Source: an uncultured Bacilli bacterium (GTDB lineage: Bacteria > Bacillota_I > Bacilli_A > RF39 > UBA660). Taken from it: a stretch of DNA of 64,000 nucleotides. Positions 58,628 through 64,000 of this stretch are shown here, one piece after another. The DNA is taken from the NCBI GenBank assembly GCA_947598325.1, contig CANQFD010000002.1:90765-154764 (forward strand). The letters run 5' to 3'. The notes under the pieces are model-generated. The model was not told the DNA's origin. It did not search any database and saw nothing but the letters and a program-made list of their open reading frames with translations. Made by a program: the position numbers and the translations under genes. Positions within the stretch are counted from its first letter, which is position 1, and every line of letters starts with the position of its first letter.

Positions 58628-61600
58628 TTATTTCGTTTTATTTTTTAATATCATTAATCCTGTTATTATTGCTGCGATTATTGCTATTACAAGTCCATAC
58701 CTTATTACTGTTTGTCCTGTTTGAATATTTACTATTAGTTCTGCACTTGCTGAATTTTTTACTTCTATTCTTTCAGTTTTTGATTTATTTACTATTATTG
58801 AATTACCATACACATTTCCACTCTCATCTACAAAGAATGTTGCTATATTTGGATTCTTTGTAAGCTCTTTCCCTGGGGCTGCTTTTGTTTCTATTATTCT
58901 ATATTGACCTGGTGATAAATAATATACTACTGCTGTTCCATTTTTTGTTGTTATTGTTGTATTTTCTGTCTTATCATCTACTTTATAGAATGGTACTCCC
59001 TCTTCTGCTTGTTTTCTTAAATTTTCTATTTCCTTATTTATCTTTTCACTATCATCATCATCTATATTTTCTAAATTCTTCAAATCATCATCCAATGATA
59101 CTGTTACATCATGATATTTTTTATTATCATCTAACTTTTGTAACTTAAATTCCGCACCATCTAATAATTGATTAAACTCATCATATTTATAAAATTGGAA
59201 TGGAGTTGGTTTATTTATAAATTTATAATATGTTGAATGAGCATAAGCATCATTTTCATCTATTGTTACCATTGTAAATCTATCTTCATCCTTCTTTGGT
59301 AGTGAATGCCCTTCTGGTGCTTTTACCTCTTCTATTATATAACAATGACCATATTCTAAATATTGTATTAATGCTACTCCCTCTTGTATTTCTATCTTCT
59401 TACCATCTTTTGTTACTGTTGATTCATCCGCAAAATCTGCCCAGCTATCTAACCATGTTCCTAGGGATGTTTCATATGTTAATTTCGTTAAATCTCCATT
59501 AGGATCTATATCACTACACTTTTCATCTTCTCTATCTTTACATGTCCTTACTGTATCTGTATCCTTTGTTTCTCTATTTTCATAAATTCCATCTCTAATT
59601 GTTTTTAACTTCAATAACTCTTTTGGTTGATTTTTAGCACTTAAATTTGGATCACATGTCTTTCCTTCATATATCTTAAATTCTGCTCCTGATAATAAAT
59701 TTCCCTTATTATCATATTTCTTTATTAATAACGATGTTGGTTTATTTGGAACATCTACTGATTCTACATCTACTGTATCTGTTACAGTTTTAAATGTTGT
59801 TTCTGCATTCCTTCCAAGTGGTAATGTATAATTTTTAGGTGCTACTGTCTCTAATAACACATAATTATAACCACCTTGTAAATACCTCATTACTAATATA
59901 CCTTTATATGGATGTAACTCTGTTATATACTTTGTACCAGCTTCTACATCTGTATCACTCATTTTTCTATATACTTCTACTCCAGCAAGTCCTTCTGCAT
60001 CCTCTGTATCCTCTTCATCGCCTCTTATAACTCCTCTATCATAGAACTTCATAAGCGTCATTCCTGCTTTTTCTCTTTCCTCATCACTATTATAATCTCC
60101 TGGATGACACTCTTCTCCTTTTTTACATCTATATAGTTTAAATGTCGTTGTTTCATCTGGTATTAAATAATTATACTTAGCATCCCTTTTCTCAAATCTT
60201 ACCCTTGTTGGTTTATCCTCTATTAAATTTGTTGTTGACCCTTTTGATGTATCTCCTGATTGACATGGTACATTAAATTCTGCTGTTGTTGGTGTTGACT
60301 CCGTATTCTCTTTTACATATACAGAATCTTCTGGAACTGCTACTTCCTCCATTACATACTTGTTTCCTCTACACAAATTTGTTATCTTTATATGTCCTCC
60401 ACATGCATGAAGTTCCGTTCCATCCGCATCACTTGAATCTGAATATACATACCTATACTCACTATAACTATCTTCAGTTAAACATGAACCATGATCTCCT
60501 ACTTTCTTAAGAGTTAAATACTTACCATTCGCATCCTTTAACTTAAACGTTATCCTATCAAAGTCACTTCGCTCTTTATCATTTACAAAGTCTACAATAT
60601 CAGATTGATCATATCCAGTATTACTACTTGAATCATAATAATAGAAATCCTTTTTAGTAAACATTATTTCTGTTGGTTTATTTGTTAATTCTACCACAGC
60701 TTTAGCACCAGTTCCACTAGGACAAGAAGTCGCATTATCATTCGAACATTGCGTTATATTAAATATATGTCCATCACCTGTATTATTATCATTTTTATAA
60801 TCTGGATAATAATAACCTATACATTTATTATAATCAGAACTACTGTCACATACCTTTGTATCCTTTTCTCTTATACTATATTGTGTGTCCCATGGTAAAT
60901 GATATATAGTTATCTTTCTTTCATCATTTAAATGTAATCCCGTTACCTGTTCACCCTGAGGTGCGTCTACTCTTTGACCATCAACATATTCATAAACACC
61001 CTCTGCAGTTTTAACAAATGATAAAGGATTTGATCGACCTAATACATATACATTAAATTCTATTTGCTTTAACTCTTCAGTTGTTAAATTCTCAAATGTT
61101 GTTTCCTTTGTTGTTCCATCAGGCATTACTAAAGTTATCATTGTTTTATCAGATGCCTCTCTGTTATCATTTGATGTTTTCTTTGTAAACTCTATTACTG
61201 TTGGAATATTTACAAATGTATTTGTAGAAGTTTTTGGCGCAAACGTAGTTGATGTACCAACATTTATAGTATTAGTATTATTAAACGCATGATATTGAGC
61301 AGGTTTTACTTCCTCAACAGTATAAGTTCCCTGAGGTAAACCTTTTATACATACTTCACCATTACTTGTTGCACCATTAGTATTTGTATTTCCAGCCTCT
61401 AACACATCAGTATTACCTGTTTTACTATATTGATAGCAAGTTTTTGTCGTACCTGCTGCATCTGTTGTAGATACAGTGCCACTTACTTTTATATAATTTC
61501 CACTTGCATCTTTTACTTTAAATTGAGCACCATTTATTGGTGTATTTCCATCTTCTGTTGTTTTATACCAGTTTAATACAAGTGAATAATCTCTAAAAGT

Positions 61601-63970
61601 TGTAAAAATACCTTTAGCTGTCGTCACAGATGCACAATTTGTTGCAAAATTTGTTGAACCATTTACACCAACAGCATTTGTACCATATGGCATCAAAACA
61701 GGGGTTACAGCTACTTCTCCATCAGCAGCTGCCCATCCTTCTGGAGCTTCCGTTTCCCGTACATTTACGGAACCAGTATTGGTCCCAGCAAAGAAATAAG
61801 CAAAACCATTACTTTCTGTTTTACCACCAAGCACATTTGATGTATTATGCTGTATAGCTCCAGGAAGGTTTGTTTCGAACAGTGCTCCTGCCAATTCAAC
61901 ACCAGTAACTGCATCAATTTTTTTAACTGCAAAACAATAATATTTTTTTATATTATCAACAGGTTCTGGTTTTGGAAATTTTGATACATCTGGGCAACTA
62001 CCTGTATATTCCAGTAATTGATCTGCTGTTATTTCATGGGTTCTAGTAAGATCTTCGCTATCATTATTATAATATAGAGTATTAGAATTTGCAACTTCCT
62101 TAACAGTATATTTAATATAATCTGGAAGATTACAAATTACAGTATTCCCAGCGGGATCCGTTATACCATCTCCACCAGTGTCGAAAACTTGAGTACCTGC
62201 TGTATATGTATTACCCGTTCTTTCATAATAAAGTGTACTATCATCTTTAGATTGTCCATAATATACTTTAAATGTTGCACCACCTACTGGTGTATTTGGA
62301 TCTTCCGTATCCTGTTTGTGTACTAAAAGTGCATATTTTTTACGTTTGTTATAAAATTTTATCTCTGCTGGTTTCGATCTAGTCCCAGCTACTACAGCCT
62401 GGCATTCTTTACTAGCACCATCTGAATTGGAAGTAAATTCATAAATTTGATTTGATGCTTCTTTTACATAATAAGTGGCACCGTTAGTTAAACCATCTTG
62501 AAATTTAACAAGGCCGCTTGTTGGATCTGTTTGTCCTTCATCAATTACATTTCCCGTACAGTCTGCACCATCATATACTGTAAAAGTTATTCCACCAATT
62601 TTTTTATTTGGTTCATCTTTATCTATTTTTTTTGCTTTTATTACCCCTTCTGCATCCTTTGGATAATTAAATTTTACTCTTCCTTGACCAGTTTGAGACG
62701 TTACATATTTGTTCATTGTAACATCAAATATAATGTAGTCATCAGTGCGGGCAGCAACTTTTAATGTAATTGTAGCATCATTAGGACCCGCTGGTGTAAG
62801 ACCTACAATAGATTCAACACAACCCAAAACTACATAACTATAGGAATCATCATCAAATTTAACGGTATATGTTGTCTTATCAACCGTTGTAGTAAGTGTC
62901 TCTTTTGATAAGTTTATTATAAAATCTCTATAACCATAATCACCCCCAGAAGGCATAGTAACATAATTATTACTATTACTAAATTTATTATATGCATGTA
63001 ATTTTGCACAAGATTTTGCAACGCCAGCGTCACATTCATCCTTCCATATATTTAATGAAGTCTTCCCTCTACCAATATAATCGACATGAATTCCTCCTAT
63101 CGTAAATACCGTACCAACAGGAATACCCTTTGATGAGCTTGCGTCTAAGGTATATTGAGCTTTTAAATCTTCGTTTTCCACAGCGTGAGCAACATTAGTA
63201 AATAAGAAATTTGGAAAAATAGTACTTTTATTAATTTTTACATATATATTTTTTATCAAAACTGGAGATATATTAAGTGTTATAGTCCCTGCTCTGTTAT
63301 TATATTCAAAGCCATTTTTTTCAACCTTAAGAGATTTATTATTTAGATAAATAGAAATATCAGATTTTGATATACTCATACCTCTTTTATATTTTTTAAT
63401 TGAAAATGTAGTTTCTGTATCATATCCATTGATTTTTATATTTTTTGTCTTGTTAAAAAATCTATTTACTGTTATATCTACATTTAAATTTCTTATTTTT
63501 CTATCACTAGTTTTTGATAATATTTGAAATTGAACTGGTGTATTAACAGGAACATTTTCTTGGGATGTATTATAATATTTTTCTGGTATTGAGACAGTCA
63601 ATTTATTCTCGTCAAATTTTGCATCAGTAATTTCAATTCCATTCACATTATTGTAAGCAAAGGCATAATCAAGGATTTTTGAAGTAGTAATTTTGTTTAT
63701 ACAGTCTACATTACCCACATAAAACCTTCCTTTTTTAGTTAAATTAATCTCAAAATTTTCACTTAATAAAGTATCATATTTTTTATCACCAATTTTAATA
63801 TTTTTGTATTCATTACTTGTCATTGTATACATTATTTTTAGTTTCTTTACTGAGTTATTAGCAGTTTGAACATTTTCATTGTTACCATCATTAACCACCA
63901 TAAATATAATAAAAACTAGTATAAAAACTGAAAATAATGCAAACAAAATATTTCTTATTTTTTTATTCAT
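58628..63970 (-). CDS. Giant (1780 aa) cell-wall-anchored adhesin with at least eight SpaA/Cna-B (prealbumin-fold) repeats and an NIQTG-type sorting signal
   Basis: Signal/TM at the N-terminus. Repeats of the type K.D......L.GA.F.l... ending E..AP.G(Y/H/W) (EVKAPEGH, ETEAPEGW, ETVAPKNY, ETKAAPGK). C-terminus is NIQTG-QTVIRYGLVIAIIAAIITGLMIL-KNKTK. Confidence 0.8.
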   Translation of the reverse strand: MNKKIRNILFALFSVFILVFIIFMVVNDGNNENVQTANNSVKKLKIMYTMTSNEYKNIKIGDKKYDTLLSENFEINLTKKGRFYVGNVDCINKITTSKILDYAFAYNNVNGIEITDAKFDENKLTVSIPEKYYNTSQENVPVNTPVQFQILSKTSDRKIRNLNVDITVNRFFNKTKNIKINGYDTETTFSIKKYKRGMSISKSDISIYLNNKSLKVEKNGFEYNNRAGTITLNISPVLIKNIYVKINKSTIFPNFLFTNVAHAVENEDLKAQYTLDASSSKGIPVGTVFTIGGIHVDYIGRGKTSLNIWKDECDAGVAKSCAKLHAYNKFSNSNNYVTMPSGGDYGYRDFIINLSKETLTTTVDKTTYTVKFDDDSYSYVVLGCVESIVGLTPAGPNDATITLKVAARTDDYIIFDVTMNKYVTSQTGQGRVKFNYPKDAEGVIKAKKIDKDEPNKKIGGITFTVYDGADCTGNVIDEGQTDPTSGLVKFQDGLTNGATYYVKEASNQIYEFTSNSDGASKECQAVVAGTRSKPAEIKFYNKRKKYALLVHKQDTEDPNTPVGGATFKVYYGQSKDDSTLYYERTGNTYTAGTQVFDTGGDGITDPAGNTVICNLPDYIKYTVKEVANSNTLYYNNDSEDLTRTHEITADQLLEYTGSCPDVSKFPKPEPVDNIKKYYCFAVKKIDAVTGVELAGALFETNLPGAIQHNTSNVLGGKTESNGFAYFFAGTNTGSVNVRETEAPEGWAAADGEVAVTPVLMPYGTNAVGVNGSTNFATNCASVTTAKGIFTTFRDYSLVLNWYKTTEDGNTPINGAQFKVKDASGNYIKVSGTVSTTDAAGTTKTCYQYSKTGNTDVLEAGNTNTNGATSNGEVCIKGLPQGTYTVEEVKPAQYHAFNNTNTINVGTSTTFAPKTSTNTFVNIPTVIEFTKKTSNDNREASDKTMITLVMPDGTTKETTFENLTTEELKQIEFNVYVLGRSNPLSFVKTAEGVYEYVDGQRVDAPQGEQVTGLHLNDERKITIYHLPWDTQYSIREKDTKVCDSSSDYNKCIGYYYPDYKNDNNTGDGHIFNITQCSNDNATSCPSGTGAKAVVELTNKPTEIMFTKKDFYYYDSSSNTGYDQSDIVDFVNDKERSDFDRITFKLKDANGKYLTLKKVGDHGSCLTEDSYSEYRYVYSDSSDADGTELHACGGHIKITNLCRGNKYVMEEVAVPEDSVYVKENTESTPTTAEFNVPCQSGDTSKGSTTNLIEDKPTRVRFEKRDAKYNYLIPDETTTFKLYRCKKGEECHPGDYNSDEEREKAGMTLMKFYDRGVIRGDEEDTEDAEGLAGVEVYRKMSDTDVEAGTKYITELHPYKGILVMRYLQGGYNYVLLETVAPKNYTLPLGRNAETTFKTVTDTVDVESVDVPNKPTSLLIKKYDNKGNLLSGAEFKIYEGKTCDPNLSAKNQPKELLKLKTIRDGIYENRETKDTDTVRTCKDREDEKCSDIDPNGDLTKLTYETSLGTWLDSWADFADESTVTKDGKKIEIQEGVALIQYLEYGHCYIIEEVKAPEGHSLPKKDEDRFTMVTIDENDAYAHSTYYKFINKPTPFQFYKYDEFNQLLDGAEFKLQKLDDNKKYHDVTVSLDDDLKNLENIDDDDSEKINKEIENLRKQAEEGVPFYKVDDKTENTTITTKNGTAVVYYLSPGQYRIIETKAAPGKELTKNPNIATFFVDESGNVYGNSIIVNKSKTERIEVKNSASAELIVNIQTGQTVIRYGLVIAIIAAIITGLMILKNKTK

Positions 63971-64000
63971 TTTATATACCTCCTAAAAATTTTTAAATGG

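Noticed and set aside
58669-62764. A string of 60-90 aa plus-strand ORFs (L/H/Y-rich) across the 1780-aa adhesin gene, and 53193..53411 and 55870..56052 inside the 1538-aa gene.
   Set aside because: They are antisense to long continuous ORFs with clear repeat-domain architecture. Their composition mirrors the complement of the K/E/N/T/V-rich adhesin codons.
1-64000. An alternative genetic code (UGA=Trp, Mollicutes-like), considered because of the extreme AT-richness. Also the presence of tRNA, rRNA or CRISPR loci.
   Set aside because: All conserved genes are full length in the standard-code ORF track, with no fragmentation that would require UGA read-through. No G+C-rich ~75-nt or kb-scale islands or regularly spaced repeats were seen in the intergenic regions.

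Overview
This is a very AT-rich chromosomal window (G+C judged by eye only, not computed) from a Gram-positive, apparently spore-forming member of the Bacillota. About 85% of genes lie on the minus strand, consistent with leading-strand co-orientation.

Most of the window is conserved housekeeping backbone:
- Glycolysis: gap, pgk.
- Proteolysis and tRNA charging: clpP, cysS.
- A complete sufCDSUB Fe-S cluster operon.
- Cell-wall and salvage genes: queH, two DD-carboxypeptidase types, pdp, prsA, recX, rpoZ.
- The SRP cluster ftsY-ylxM-ffh.
- RNA and translation genes: rnj, pnp, rpsO, truB, rbfA, infB, ylxR, nusA, rimP.
- A SEDS protein (FtsW/RodA/SpoVE family).

Several accessory or lineage-specific elements are embedded in this backbone:
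1. A surface-adhesin locus: a thioester-domain-like adhesin, an overlapping sortase, and a two-component system.
2. An approximately 12 kb surface-protein region at the right edge. It holds two giant proteins (1538 aa and 1780 aa), an Rpn/PD-(D/E)XK nuclease gene and a small membrane protein.
3. Two paralogous membrane proteins with loosely pilin-like N-termini, which split the normally contiguous gap-pgk pair.
4. Sporulation-associated small proteins (CotD-like, CotY/CotZ-like) and two tiny YjcZ-like transmembrane ORFs that are absent from the ORF track.
5. A membrane-anchored PTS EIIB-like domain that lacks the catalytic Cys, next to an orphan polytopic histidine kinase.

I saw no rRNA, tRNA, CRISPR array or clear IS element or prophage. 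I could not identify a clear-cut novel system such as a defence island. The most unusual items are listed as findings, and all functional readings are motif-level inference from the translated ORFs.

Coordinates of non-ORF features were hand-counted and may be off by 1-2 nt.
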